DNA of 64,000 nt from Thermodesulfovibrionales bacterium (GTDB lineage: Bacteria > Nitrospirota > Thermodesulfovibrionia > Thermodesulfovibrionales > SM23-35): contig CAVQRT010000003.1 in NCBI GenBank assembly GCA_963715195.1, forward strand, positions 224,001 to 288,000, read 5' to 3'. This document shows positions 40,078 to 51,045 of this stretch, piece by piece (positions within the stretch are counted from its first letter, which is position 1; every line of letters begins with the position of its first letter). The position numbers and the translations under genes were made by a program. The notes under the pieces are model-generated. The model saw only the letters and a program-made list of their open reading frames with translations, had not been told where the DNA came from and made no database searches.

Positions 40078-41033
40078 TGGAAAAACTTTGCATCACCGGG
40101 GGCGCGGGATTCATCGGGAGTGAATTTGTCAGGCAGGCAGTAAAACAGGATTTTGAAGTGACCGTAATAGACAAGCTGAGCTATGCCGGGGATCTTGAGC
40201 GTTTAAGGGCGGCAGAAAAGAATTTCGTTTTTCACAGAATTGATATTGCTGACCGGGAAGCTGTACAGCGCGTCTTTGAATCCGGAAAACCGGATACCAT
40301 CGTACACTGGGCAGCTGAAAGCCACGTCGACAGGAGCATCGCGGACCCTTCTCCTTTTCTCGATACCAATATCAAAGGAACCCTCGTGCTCCTTGATGCC
40401 GCCCGGCATTTCGGCATAAAAAGATTCATTAATATATCGACAGACGAAGTATACGGAGACCTCGGTGGCGAAGGGCAATTCTGTGAAACCACCCAACTGA
40501 ACCCGAGTTCGCCGTATTCCGTAAGCAAAGCTTCTGCTGATATGCTGGGAAGGGCATATTACAGAACTTACGGGTTTCCGGTTATCACCGTCAGACCCTC
40601 AAATAACTACGGCCCTTGGCAGTATCCGGAAAAACTTATTCCTGTCGTTATTTGGAAGGCTCTCCAGAATGAAAGAATTCCGGTGTATGCAAAGGGTGAG
40701 AATGTGAGGGAATGGCTGTTTGTCGCTGATTGTGTTGAGGGAGTTTTCGAGATAGCAAAGAGCGGGATTGCAGGCGAAATTTATAACGTCGGGAGCGGCG
40801 AAGAGAAGAGAAACTTAGATGTTGTAAAGGCGATTCTTCAGATATTGGGCAAGCCTGAAGAACTGATAGAATTCGTCAAAGACAGGCTGGGACACGATTT
40901 CAGGTACTCACTGAACTCAGAGAAAATTCACACGGAGCTCGGCTGGAAGGCACGGATGCCTTTTGCTGAAGGAATAGAGAAGACGGTGGCCTGGTATGTG
41001 GACCACATGGATTGGGTAAAGCGGAAGATATAA
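40077..41033 (+). CDS. rfbB: dTDP-glucose 4,6-dehydratase
   Basis: GGAGFIGS, AAESHVDRSI, STDEVYG, YSVSKA, GHDFRY. Confidence 0.95.
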   Translation: MEKLCITGGAGFIGSEFVRQAVKQDFEVTVIDKLSYAGDLERLRAAEKNFVFHRIDIADREAVQRVFESGKPDTIVHWAAESHVDRSIADPSPFLDTNIKGTLVLLDAARHFGIKRFINISTDEVYGDLGGEGQFCETTQLNPSSPYSVSKASADMLGRAYYRTYGFPVITVRPSNNYGPWQYPEKLIPVVIWKALQNERIPVYAKGENVREWLFVADCVEGVFEIAKSGIAGEIYNVGSGEEKRNLDVVKAILQILGKPEELIEFVKDRLGHDFRYSLNSEKIHTELGWKARMPFAEGIEKTVAWYVDHMDWVKRKI

Positions 41034-41048
41034 TATACTGACCGGCGT

Positions 41049-42488
41049 ATGTTCAAAGACACCATTTTCAGAGAATACGATATACGGGGTGTGGTAGGCA
41101 GGGACTACGATGAGGAGTTCAGTTTTCTCCTTGGAAAGGCTTTTGGCAGTCTGCTCAGGGAAGAAAACAGCGATGCCCGTCGGGTGAGTGTCGGGAGGGA
41201 TGTACGCCTTAGTTCAGCGGCATTGGCTGCCGGGCTTATCCAGGGGATCGTGTCGACCGGCATCAGTGTATACGATATCGGCCTCTGCCCTACCCCTCTG
41301 CAGTATTTTTCCCTTCATCACCTGAATCTCGACGGCGGGATTATGGTGACAGGAAGCCACAATCCCCCTGAGTATAACGGGTTTAAACTCAGCGTGGGGA
41401 AAGAGACTATCTTCGGTGATGAGATTCAGAGAATGAAAAAAAGAATACACGAATATGCATGGCGTGAGTATTCTGCCCAGGGGACAGTTGAGCCATATGA
41501 CATTCTCTCCGCCTACCGGGCGTTCATGAAACAGCGATTTTCGTACCTGTCAGAGCCGCAGTACCGCAAACTGAATGTTGTTGTCGATGCAGGGAACGGG
41601 ACAGCCGGAATCATTGCACCAGAGATCCTCAAGACCATCGGCTGTGATGTAATTCCACTTTACTGTGAACCCGACGGACGCTTCCCGAACCATCACCCTG
41701 ACCCGACGGTGCCCGAATATATCCGGGATTTGATCCGTGTGACAAAAGAACATGCAGCTGATATCGGTGTTGGATATGATGGTGACGCTGACAGAATCGG
41801 CGTCATCGATTCAGACGGCAATATTGTCTGGGGCGATCAGATCATGATTGTGCTGTCGCGGGAGATTCTCCGGACACATCCCAATGCTGTCATCATCGGA
41901 GATGTCAAATGTTCTCAAAAAATGTTCGATGATATCGGGAAGCACGGTGGCAACCCCATTATGTGGAAGACAGGCCATTCCCTCGTCAAGGACAAGATGC
42001 GGAGGGAACACGCAGTCCTTGCTGGTGAATTCAGCGGACATATCTTCATAGCGGATGATTATTTCGGATTTGACGATGCACTCTACACAACGTTCAGGCT
42101 GGTCGAGATCATGAAAAAATGTGGCTGTGGAATACGGGAACTGCTCGCCGACATTCCCCGTTCTGTCTATACCCCAGAGATACGCATTGAGTGCAGAGAT
42201 GACCGGAAGAAAACTATCGTCGAAAAGTTGACAAGCCTGTGCAAGAAATATGAACAATCAGGGGAAAGCCCTGTTCCGATAAAAAGGATCTATGATATTG
42301 ATGGAGCACGGGTTGTTTTTGAAAAGGGATGGGGTCTCGTCCGGTCCAGCAATACTCAGCCAGTAATTGTTATGCGCTTTGAGGCCGAGGATGAAACGTC
42401 CCTGAAGATATACCGTTCTTTTCTTGAAGAAGCGTTGAAAACAGTTCAGTCTGAGGGTAACCATATAGACACCGGAAAACCTTTTTAG
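41049..42488 (+). CDS. Phosphomannomutase/phosphoglucomutase
   Basis: FREYDIRG, TGSHNP, DGDADR, GEFSGH. Confidence 0.93.
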   Translation: MFKDTIFREYDIRGVVGRDYDEEFSFLLGKAFGSLLREENSDARRVSVGRDVRLSSAALAAGLIQGIVSTGISVYDIGLCPTPLQYFSLHHLNLDGGIMVTGSHNPPEYNGFKLSVGKETIFGDEIQRMKKRIHEYAWREYSAQGTVEPYDILSAYRAFMKQRFSYLSEPQYRKLNVVVDAGNGTAGIIAPEILKTIGCDVIPLYCEPDGRFPNHHPDPTVPEYIRDLIRVTKEHAADIGVGYDGDADRIGVIDSDGNIVWGDQIMIVLSREILRTHPNAVIIGDVKCSQKMFDDIGKHGGNPIMWKTGHSLVKDKMRREHAVLAGEFSGHIFIADDYFGFDDALYTTFRLVEIMKKCGCGIRELLADIPRSVYTPEIRIECRDDRKKTIVEKLTSLCKKYEQSGESPVPIKRIYDIDGARVVFEKGWGLVRSSNTQPVIVMRFEAEDETSLKIYRSFLEEALKTVQSEGNHIDTGKPF

Positions 42489-42515
42489 TAAAGTAAGAAT
42501 AAAGGAGAATTCACG

Positions 42516-43928
42516 ATGAAAGCGCTTGTTCTCGCCGGTGGTTCAGGAACCCGGCTCTGGCCTCTCAGCAGGAGGAATTATCCGAAACAGTTTCTTCAAT
42601 TGAATATCGGCGGATCCCTCCTCCAGGAAACCGCGAAAAGACTTCTCAAGGTCTTTCCCCCCGATGAGATGATCATCATGACAAACAGCGAATACAAGTT
42701 TCACGTACTCTCTGATTTGCATTCGTTATTCGGTGACAACCCGATTTCCCGGAACATCATTCTTGAACCTGTGGGCAGGAATACCGCTCCCGCAATAGCA
42801 CTTGGCATGAAATATTGCATCGAGAAGCTTGGATGCGGTCAGGATGAGATACTGTTCATTTCGCCTGCTGATCACGTTATAAAGCCCCAAGAGAAATTCG
42901 CTGAGTACGTTGCCTGTGCGGAAAAAATAGCACAAAAAGGTCAGATCGTAACATTCGGGATAAAACCGCTGCGGCCTGAGACGGGCTACGGGTATATCAG
43001 GGCAGGAAGCACAAAGCTTGCCGAAGGAAGTCATGACTATTTCAATGTTGATAAATTCACGGAAAAGCCGAACAGTGAAACAGCGGTTCACTACATAAAA
43101 GAAGGGACCTATTACTGGAATTCCGGGATGTTCGCCTTCTGCATCGGCACCATGATAGATGAATTCGAGAAATATGCTCCCGAAATACGGACAATGCTTG
43201 ATTACCGCTTTGATGATCTGGTTGAAAATTTTCATACGATGCCAAGTATTTCCATAGACTATGCGGTAGCTGAAAAGTCTGACCGGATTGCAGTCCTTCC
43301 TCTTGATATTTACTGGAATGATATCGGCTCATGGGACTCCCTCTACGATATAGCTGACAAAGATGAAAATGGCAATGTCAAAATCGGGGATATTATCGCC
43401 ATCGATACAAACGACACCCTTGTCATCAGCAGCAAGCGCCTGGTCTCCACCATCGGATTAGAGGAGTGTCTGATCGTTGATACAGATGATGCGCTCCTGG
43501 TTGCAAAAAAGGGGGAAACCCAGAAAGTCAGGGAAATCGTTGACAAGCTCAACCGTGAAAAAAGACGGGAAGCATCAGAGCATCTGACAACCTACCGCCC
43601 GTGGGGGAGTTACACTATTCTGGAAGAAGGTGAACGGTACAAGATTAAGCGGATTGTTGTTCATCCCGAAGCACGCCTGAGCCTTCAGAAGCATTACCAT
43701 AGATCTGAACATTGGGTGGTTATCCGCGGCGCTGCAAAAGTAACAATCGGGGATAATGAGATCATTATCCATGAGAACGAGTCTGTCTATGTGCCGAAAT
43801 CAACGCTCCACAGGCTCGAAAACCCGGGCAAGGTTCCTCTCGAGATCATCGAGGTCCAGAACGGAGAGTATGTCGGTGAAGATGATATTGTGCGGGTCGA
43901 TGATATGTACGGAAGGAACAAGAAATAA
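42516..43928 (+). CDS. manC: Mannose-1-phosphate guanylyltransferase/mannose-6-phosphate isomerase
   Basis: LAGGSGTRLWPLSR..YPKQF, EP.GRNTAPA, RPWG, SLQKH.HRSEHW. Confidence 0.93.
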   Translation: MKALVLAGGSGTRLWPLSRRNYPKQFLQLNIGGSLLQETAKRLLKVFPPDEMIIMTNSEYKFHVLSDLHSLFGDNPISRNIILEPVGRNTAPAIALGMKYCIEKLGCGQDEILFISPADHVIKPQEKFAEYVACAEKIAQKGQIVTFGIKPLRPETGYGYIRAGSTKLAEGSHDYFNVDKFTEKPNSETAVHYIKEGTYYWNSGMFAFCIGTMIDEFEKYAPEIRTMLDYRFDDLVENFHTMPSISIDYAVAEKSDRIAVLPLDIYWNDIGSWDSLYDIADKDENGNVKIGDIIAIDTNDTLVISSKRLVSTIGLEECLIVDTDDALLVAKKGETQKVREIVDKLNREKRREASEHLTTYRPWGSYTILEEGERYKIKRIVVHPEARLSLQKHYHRSEHWVVIRGAAKVTIGDNEIIIHENESVYVPKSTLHRLENPGKVPLEIIEVQNGEYVGEDDIVRVDDMYGRNKK

Positions 43929-43971
43929 TAAAGTCGCATAAGAGAATCTTTCTGATGAAAAGGTGAAAATA

Positions 43972-45126
43972 ATGAAACGGGCGTTAATAACAGGCATTAC
44001 CGGACAGGACGGCTCATACCTAACAGAACTGCTCTTGTCAAAAGGATATGAAGTTCACGGCTTAATCCGGAGGGCGAGTACATTCAACACCCACCGGATC
44101 GACCATCTGTATCAGGATCCGCATATTCCGAGCACAAAACTGTTTCTTCAATTCGGCGATCTGACGGATTCAGGCCAGTTGACGAACATCATTTACAATA
44201 TCAAGCCTGATGAAATATACCACCTCGGTGCGCAGAGCCATGTGAGGGTCAGCTTTGATCTCCCGGAGTACACAGCTGATGTCACTGCGCTGGGCACGAC
44301 GAGGCTGCTCGAAGCTGTCAGGAGAAGCGGCATCAAGACGAAATTTTACCAGGCATCCAGTAGTGAGATGTTTGGCGCTGCCAGTCCGCCCCAGAATGAG
44401 AAAACGCCTTTTTATCCCAGAAGTCCGTATGCAGCTGCGAAGGTCTACGCTTACTGGATAACCGTTAATTACCGCGAAGGATATAACCTTTTCAACTGCA
44501 ACGGCATCCTGTTCAACCACGAATCACCGCGGAGAGGTGAGACCTTTGTGACCAGGAAAATTACCCGGGCGATCGCAAATATGATAGCAGGGAAGCAGAA
44601 AAGACTCTTCCTCGGAAACCTTGAATCACGGAGGGACTGGGGGTTTGCACCCGAGTATATAGAGTGCCAGTGGCTGATTCTCCAGCAGGACAGGCCCGAT
44701 GATTTTGTGATCGGTACCGGCGAAAGTCATTCGGTGAGGGAGTTTCTGGAAAAGGCTTTTCACTATGCCGGCATCGAGATCGAGTGGGAGGGCGAAGGCG
44801 TCGACAGAAAAGGGAAAATACGTTCTCTGAGATCAGGCGTAAACGATACCATGAAAGCAGGCGACCCCATCATCGTGATCGATCCGAAATACTTCCGGCC
44901 TACCGAAGTGGACTTCCTGCAGGCTGACATAACCAAAGCGAAAAAGATCCTCGGCTGGGAACCTCGAACAACTTTCGATGAACTAATCAAGATTATGATA
45001 GACTACGATTTTAAACTCGCAGGTTTGACCCCGTCAGGTGAGGGGATTGATATCTGCAGGAAAAAAGGATTTACCTACACCACACATGATTTCTCCCTCC
45101 ATGAAAAGATACGGGAGCGGTGTTAA
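43972..45126 (+). CDS. gmd: GDP-mannose 4,6-dehydratase
   Basis: [37 protein letters not shown]. Confidence 0.96.
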   Translation: MKRALITGITGQDGSYLTELLLSKGYEVHGLIRRASTFNTHRIDHLYQDPHIPSTKLFLQFGDLTDSGQLTNIIYNIKPDEIYHLGAQSHVRVSFDLPEYTADVTALGTTRLLEAVRRSGIKTKFYQASSSEMFGAASPPQNEKTPFYPRSPYAAAKVYAYWITVNYREGYNLFNCNGILFNHESPRRGETFVTRKITRAIANMIAGKQKRLFLGNLESRRDWGFAPEYIECQWLILQQDRPDDFVIGTGESHSVREFLEKAFHYAGIEIEWEGEGVDRKGKIRSLRSGVNDTMKAGDPIIVIDPKYFRPTEVDFLQADITKAKKILGWEPRTTFDELIKIMIDYDFKLAGLTPSGEGIDICRKKGFTYTTHDFSLHEKIRERC

Positions 45127-45191
45127 ACAATCGCAATACTGTTTCTGACCGCTGCAGTTCAATTACATATGAATGAATCCGGGCTGAGATA

Positions 45192-46259
45192 ATGGAAAAG
45201 GATTCCAGGATATACGTTGCAGGGCATCGCGGCCTCGTCGGATCAGCCATTCTGCGAACGCTGCGGGAAAAGCAGTTCACAAACATTCTCACCCGCACAA
45301 GCGCTGAGCTTGATCTCAGGAGACAGAGCGACACGGAGATATTCTTTGCGCAGGAGAGGCCCGATTATATCTTTCTTGCGGCAGCAAAGGTCGGCGGGAT
45401 TCTCGCGAACAATACCTATAAGGCAGAATTCATTTATGACAATATCATGATCGCAGCGAATGTCATCCATGCTGCATATATGCACGGGGCAAAAAAGCTT
45501 CTCAACCTCGGCTCATCCTGCATCTACCCCAAATTGGCACCACAGCCCTTGAAAGAAGAATATCTGATGACGGGGCTCCTCGAACCGACCAATGAGCCGT
45601 ATGCAGTCGCAAAAATTTCTGCCATAAAACTCTGCAGGTACTACAATGAACAATACGGCACGAACTTCATATCGGTGATGCCCACAAATCTTTTTGGCAT
45701 TCATGACAATTTCAATCTGGAAACAGCACACGTGCTGCCTGCACTGATAAGAAAATTTCACCTCGCCAAGCTCTTAAGAAAAAAACGATACGGGGAACTG
45801 GAAAAAGATGTGAGGAGATTTCCCCTCGGTTTCAACGTCTCCAGTCCCTCGGATCTTAAGACGCTCGGCATTGCTGCTGATTCTGTTGAACTCTGGGGTA
45901 CCGGTCAGCCATACCGGGAGTTTCTCTTTGTTGACGACCTCGCAGATGCCTGCGTATTCATTATGAACAACTGTGATGCCGGGGCAACGGCATCTTTTGC
46001 TGACAACCGGCATGATCACCTGTCGATTGGAGAATTTATCAATATCGGAACCGGGGAAGATATAACCATACGGGATCTTGCACATCTGGTCAGGCAGATT
46101 GTCGGGTTTGAGGGGGGAATTGTGTGGGACACCTCCAAGCCGGATGGAACTCCGAGAAAGCGCCTCGACGTTACAAAAATCAATTCCCTCGGTTGGGAGC
46201 CTAAAATTTCCCTGGAACAGGGGATACGGATGACATACGATTGGTACGTATCATCGTAA
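45192..46259 (+). CDS. fcl: GDP-L-fucose synthase
   Basis: AGHRGLVGSA, AAAKVGGI, GSSCIYP, KPDGTPRK. Confidence 0.95.
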   Translation: MEKDSRIYVAGHRGLVGSAILRTLREKQFTNILTRTSAELDLRRQSDTEIFFAQERPDYIFLAAAKVGGILANNTYKAEFIYDNIMIAANVIHAAYMHGAKKLLNLGSSCIYPKLAPQPLKEEYLMTGLLEPTNEPYAVAKISAIKLCRYYNEQYGTNFISVMPTNLFGIHDNFNLETAHVLPALIRKFHLAKLLRKKRYGELEKDVRRFPLGFNVSSPSDLKTLGIAADSVELWGTGQPYREFLFVDDLADACVFIMNNCDAGATASFADNRHDHLSIGEFINIGTGEDITIRDLAHLVRQIVGFEGGIVWDTSKPDGTPRKRLDVTKINSLGWEPKISLEQGIRMTYDWYVSS

Positions 46260-46321
46260 TTCCCGCTCATCCTGTAGATGTGGTATAAAGCCGAGGAATC
46301 TATCACTTTCAGCAAACAATC

Positions 46322-46753
46322 GTGATCGCAATAGACGCCTTTATTTACTGGCTTCCTCCGGTTGCCTGGATGATTTTTATCTCTCCTGTGAACGCACTCC
46401 TGACTTCACAGACTACATCCTCCCTTATTATGCCGTTGATTGCGTGGCTGTTGCCGGAGGCAAGCCGACATATGATGGAGACTTTACATATTCTTCTCCG
46501 CAAAACAGGGCATTTCCTGGAATACGCCTTTCTTGCATTCCTTTTGTTCAGGGCATTCCGGGGCAGAGAGAATGCCTTTCAGTTCACCTGGATTCTTTGC
46601 GCTGCGCTTATCTCATTGGGATACAGTGCATTGGATGAATACCTGCAGACGTTCACCTCTGCGAGAACGGGGTCGTTTTACGACTGGCTTATTGATGCTT
46701 CTGGAATCGCATGCTCGCTCGGCATTCTGATACGCAAGCATAAGAAGTTCTGA
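46322..46753 (+). CDS. VanZ family membrane protein
   Basis: RK.GHF.EY, LDEY.Q.F...R.G...D. Confidence 0.8.
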   Translation: MIAIDAFIYWLPPVAWMIFISPVNALLTSQTTSSLIMPLIAWLLPEASRHMMETLHILLRKTGHFLEYAFLAFLLFRAFRGRENAFQFTWILCAALISLGYSALDEYLQTFTSARTGSFYDWLIDASGIACSLGILIRKHKKF

Positions 46754-46754
46754 T

Positions 46755-48008
46755 TCAGGCACTTATTCTTGTATAATTTACCCCCTTCTCGATTCCTTCA
46801 ATCCTGAAAAGAGGATCACCGTCTATCAACTGTTTGAGTTTCGCCGTATCAATCTGATTATAGAAAACAGGTTTTATAAAGGAAGGATCATCGGCAGAGC
46901 CTAGCAGCCCGTTTTTTAACTCCGGATCATTCGAAATGATATCCGTTAATTTCAGAGCCTTATAAAGCCTGATATAGGTATTTACCCCGATGCTGTCCGG
47001 GAGCGGCCTTCTCAGGATATCAAAATACTCCCTCAGGGTATCTTCCCTCTCATAAGGGAACCCGGTCAGGAAATCAACCGCTACGCGGATTCCGTTTGCC
47101 TTTGCACGGTAGACACATTTTTCATAATCTTCCCAGTAAAGAGGACATTTCTTCCAGGAATCGACAGTGAGCGTTATGAGATAAGCACCGGTGTCCTTCA
47201 ATAACCTGAAGAGGTTCTTGCCGGCGTAAGCCGGCTTCATATAGAGCGCCCACCTGATGGGCAGCCCTGCGTGTTTCAATGCGGAACAGAAATCTGCTGC
47301 GTATTCATCATTTTCATTGAATTCAGAGTCGCAGAGATGAAAATGATCGTATCCCGTTTCGACAAGGGTTTTGATTTCTCCGACAACGTCTGAGATCCCT
47401 TTAAAAGAAACCGGAGTGTTCGCCTCCAGACAGTAGACACAGGATGAACTGCATCCCTTATGGGTTTCAAATCCTGCAACCCCGCCTCTTTCGAAATACT
47501 TTTGATAATCCAAAGCACCCGATTTTCGCGGGCAGGAAGTGCCGAAAGAGTATATGCCCTGAAACACCCTCCCCTCCGATAATCCCTGCCCGTATTTCCT
47601 TAAAATATCGTTGACCGTTTTTTCGGCAGGACCCTTTACGGCATAATCTGCATCCAGATACTCGAGAATACCTTCAGGATTTGAGAGGAGTCCGGCCCCC
47701 CCAATCATGACGCGAAGACCGTGATGATGCCTCAGATGCCCAACGATTCCTTTGATTTCATTCAGAAAAAACTCGTTGGCATGATAGATCACCGTGTCCA
47801 CATTCCTGACTGTCACTCCTGCTATATGGGGTTGAAATGACCGGATAGAATGGTCGATGTCAGCGTAGAGATTCTCTGAAAAACAGAGATCGAGGATTTC
47901 AGCCTCATGCCCCTGCTCTATGAGAGATGCCGAAAGATATTCAAGGCCGATGGGAGGAACAGGAGGATTGCTATACCTGTTCGGATTGATAAGAAGAACC
48001 CTCATCAC
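46755..48008 (-). CDS. B12-binding radical SAM protein
   Basis: N-terminal cobalamin-binding domain (PPIGLEYL, G.TVRNVD, IGG); CSSSCVYC CxxxCxxC; DSEFN. Confidence 0.88.
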   Translation of the reverse strand: MMRVLLINPNRYSNPPVPPIGLEYLSASLIEQGHEAEILDLCFSENLYADIDHSIRSFQPHIAGVTVRNVDTVIYHANEFFLNEIKGIVGHLRHHHGLRVMIGGAGLLSNPEGILEYLDADYAVKGPAEKTVNDILRKYGQGLSEGRVFQGIYSFGTSCPRKSGALDYQKYFERGGVAGFETHKGCSSSCVYCLEANTPVSFKGISDVVGEIKTLVETGYDHFHLCDSEFNENDEYAADFCSALKHAGLPIRWALYMKPAYAGKNLFRLLKDTGAYLITLTVDSWKKCPLYWEDYEKCVYRAKANGIRVAVDFLTGFPYEREDTLREYFDILRRPLPDSIGVNTYIRLYKALKLTDIISNDPELKNGLLGSADDPSFIKPVFYNQIDTAKLKQLIDGDPLFRIEGIEKGVNYTRISA

Positions 48009-48009
48009 G

Positions 48010-48795
48010 CTATGCTATATCGGTTGGTGAAAATATAACCTCATCCCTGAATGACTTTATCAGGTAAATCGATTTCGCGATCTGTTCATCAAGGACATCG
48101 ACCATGGCTGCATCGAGTCCGGCACCGGCAAGATATGTCAGAAAGGACGCCTCCAGCCATTTTCTGACCACTCTCGGCATGCCGGGAGAGATGTTGGAAA
48201 TCCAGGCGATGGTATTGACCGGAGGTTCGACGAGTTCTTTCAGGATACGGATACATTCAAGCGAGTTCACCAGATGATTCTGCCCCATTCCTCTGCTGAT
48301 GTGCACGACGGAGGGATCGGCAAAGAGTCTTTCGTTGGGGATATCGGCACCATTTGCCTTTTCGATGAGTTCCTCAATGATCTGGAGTTTTGCTTCCAGC
48401 GACGACGGGATTGTTCCTCCTGAAGCTCTCAAAATGAGCGACGCCCCTGTACCGGCAACGAGAGAAAGAAGGTCTTCCTGGTTCTCAGGTTCTGTCTTCG
48501 AGATAAAATTGATGAGAGGCGGTTTCTTGCACAACGGCATGCTCCTTCTGAGCGCCTGAATATTTCTTGAATCAAGAGAAAAGGGACCTTCCGTATAATC
48601 AGAGATAATCTCAACGATCAGCGGCAGACTATCTTCATCGCCGATGCCGTCGAGGGAGCACTGCACATTGATCATATCAGCGCCGGATTTCTGAATTTCT
48701 TCAGCAATGGCCGAGAGCACCTTCTTATCCCTTTTAACGAGTGCATCAAGATAGGCACTGTTTCGCACATTCAAATTATCTGCGATAGCGATCAT
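48010..48795 (-). CDS. Pterin-binding TIM barrel (methyl-THF:corrinoid methyltransferase/AcsE-like)
   Basis: IADNLN, GAD.I, SLDS, LINFIS, ADP, ISNIS.G, AGLDAAM; GGGAGG SD. Confidence 0.78.
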   Translation of the reverse strand: MIAIADNLNVRNSAYLDALVKRDKKVLSAIAEEIQKSGADMINVQCSLDGIGDEDSLPLIVEIISDYTEGPFSLDSRNIQALRRSMPLCKKPPLINFISKTEPENQEDLLSLVAGTGASLILRASGGTIPSSLEAKLQIIEELIEKANGADIPNERLFADPSVVHISRGMGQNHLVNSLECIRILKELVEPPVNTIAWISNISPGMPRVVRKWLEASFLTYLAGAGLDAAMVDVLDEQIAKSIYLIKSFRDEVIFSPTDIA

Positions 48796-48873
48796 TTTTT
48801 CCTCCCGCAAATTAAATTTATCAGTGTTTTCATTATAACACCATGCTCTCAGTCAACCCAGAAAATGAGTTGG

Positions 48874-49019
48874 CAAAGTGTAGATGTTGTGAGAAAAATT
48901 ATTTTTCGATACCTAAATGTACCCTGAACCAATGGATTCATCAACATATTTATTCAGAGAGCATTAATAGATATTTAAATCATCGAGTTCAATAATTTTC
49001 AAGCAATGTCTTCACTTTG
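48874..49019 (+). repeat. Long-hairpin dispersed element, copy B
   Basis: CAAAGTG-T-AGATGTTG ... CAATGTCT-T-CACTTTG closing stem; core shared with copies A and C. Confidence 0.8.
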
Positions 49020-49023
49020 GGGC

Positions 49024-51018
49024 TTAGGCTTTTATTCCAACCTCGATCATTCTGTTCCGCATTGCCTTCATCTTGTCCCGCAAAGCCGCAGCGCGCTCAA
49101 ATTCAAGCTTCCTTGCGGCTTCCTTCATCTCCGCCTCGAGTTTTTTCAGCGCTTCCTCGTCATATCCGTACCCGCCTTCCTCTTCAGCAATTGCGGGCAC
49201 CGTCCAGTAATCAGCCTCATAGATCGAGCTCAGGACATCCTTGATTTCCGATCTGACGGTTTCCGGCGTTATCCCCAGTTCATGGTTATAGTTCTCCTGT
49301 ATTTTCCGTCTCCTCTCTGTCTCCTGCAGGGCCCTCTGCATCGATCCGGTTATGGTATCCCCGTACAGGATGACCTCTCCGTTGATATTCCGTGCAGCAC
49401 GACCTGCCGTTTGTATCAAAGAGCGCTCGGAACGAAGAAACCCTTCTTTATCTGCATCAAGGATTGCAACCAGTGAAACCTCGGGCAGGTCAAGCCCTTC
49501 ACGCAGGAGATTCACCCCGATCAGGACATCGAAGTTTCCAAGCCTCAGGTCCCGCAATATCGCTATCCGCTCAAGCGTATCAATATCAGAATGCAGATAT
49601 CGTGCCCTTACATCAAGATTCACATAGTAATCCGTCAAATCCTCTGCCATCTTCTTTGTCAGCGTTGTAACCAGGACCCTCTCACCCCGTTCCGCGCGTT
49701 TGCGGATTTCTCCCAAAAGGTCATCGACCTGTCCCGCAATGGGACGGATGAGAAGTTTCGGGTCAATAAGTCCGGTCGGTCTGATAATCTGCTCAATTAC
49801 CCTTCCCTTTGATTTTTCAAATTCATAGGGTCCGGGGGTTGCTGACACATAAATTGCCTGATTGATCCTGTGTTCGAATTCACTGAATCTCAGAGGCCTG
49901 TTATCGAGCGCGGAAGGCAGCCTGAATCCGAATTCAATCAAGGGCTTTTTCCTTGACCGGTCGCCTTCGTACATGCCGCCGATCTGCGGTATTGTTGCAT
50001 GAGACTCGTCAACAACAAAAAGAAAGTCATCAGGAAAATAATCTATGAGCGTATAGGGGGGTTCCCCGGGTGCGCGTCCGCTGAGGTGCCGGGAATAATT
50101 TTCGATTCCGTGACAATACCCGAATTCCCTGAGCATCTCCAGATCGAACCTCGTCCGCTGCTCGATCCTCTGCGCTTCAAACGGCTTTCCTTCGTTCAAT
50201 AGCAAAGCTATCCTCTCTTCCATCTCTTTCCCGATATTTTGCAATGCGGGGTCAAGCCTTGCACGCGGAGTTATCCAGTGGCTGTTCGGGAAGATGGCAA
50301 TTTTATGAAGCTTTCGGATCTTCTCCCCGGTGAGCGGATCAAACTCATGGAGAGCATCGATATCATCTCCGAAGAACTCAATACGGATTGCCTTATCGAG
50401 CGAAAAAGACGGGAATACCTCAACAATGTCACCCCGCACCCTCACAGTGCCCCTCGCAAATTCCCGCTCCGAACGGGTATACTGCATTTCGATCAGTCTC
50501 CTGAGGATGGCATCCCGTTCTGAATGCATTCCCTCCTCAATTACGAGATGCATATCCATGTAGTCCTTCGGGGAACCGATGCCGTATATGCATGAAACAG
50601 AGGCCACTACAATCGTATCCCTCCGCTCGAGAACAGCCCGGGTAGCTGAATGCCGCATTCTGTCGATATCATCGTTAATCAGAGCATCTTTTTCTATATA
50701 GGTATCGGTTGTCGGGATGTATGCCTCAGGCTGATAGTAGTCATAATAACTGACAAAAAACTCCACCGCATTGTCAGGGAAGAGTTCCCTGAATTCACCG
50801 TAGAGCTGGGCGGCAAGGGTTTTGTTATGGGCAATCACAAGGGTGGGCCTGTTGAGGCCTGCGATTACATTCGCAATGGTGAATGTCTTTCCTGATCCCG
50901 TGACACCCAAAAGGACCTGGTGCTTCCGTCCTTGCCTGAGCCCCTCCGAAAGTTCTTTGATGGCGTTTGGCTGATCACCCTTTGGGGAAAAGGATGTAAC
51001 AAGTCTGAATACGTTCAT
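49024..51018 (-). CDS. uvrB: Excinuclease ABC subunit B
   Basis: [40 protein letters not shown]. Confidence 0.98.
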   Translation of the reverse strand: MNVFRLVTSFSPKGDQPNAIKELSEGLRQGRKHQVLLGVTGSGKTFTIANVIAGLNRPTLVIAHNKTLAAQLYGEFRELFPDNAVEFFVSYYDYYQPEAYIPTTDTYIEKDALINDDIDRMRHSATRAVLERRDTIVVASVSCIYGIGSPKDYMDMHLVIEEGMHSERDAILRRLIEMQYTRSEREFARGTVRVRGDIVEVFPSFSLDKAIRIEFFGDDIDALHEFDPLTGEKIRKLHKIAIFPNSHWITPRARLDPALQNIGKEMEERIALLLNEGKPFEAQRIEQRTRFDLEMLREFGYCHGIENYSRHLSGRAPGEPPYTLIDYFPDDFLFVVDESHATIPQIGGMYEGDRSRKKPLIEFGFRLPSALDNRPLRFSEFEHRINQAIYVSATPGPYEFEKSKGRVIEQIIRPTGLIDPKLLIRPIAGQVDDLLGEIRKRAERGERVLVTTLTKKMAEDLTDYYVNLDVRARYLHSDIDTLERIAILRDLRLGNFDVLIGVNLLREGLDLPEVSLVAILDADKEGFLRSERSLIQTAGRAARNINGEVILYGDTITGSMQRALQETERRRKIQENYNHELGITPETVRSEIKDVLSSIYEADYWTVPAIAEEEGGYGYDEEALKKLEAEMKEAARKLEFERAAALRDKMKAMRNRMIEVGIKA

Positions 51019-51045
51019 GAGAATTATTTTACCTGGAAAATGAAT

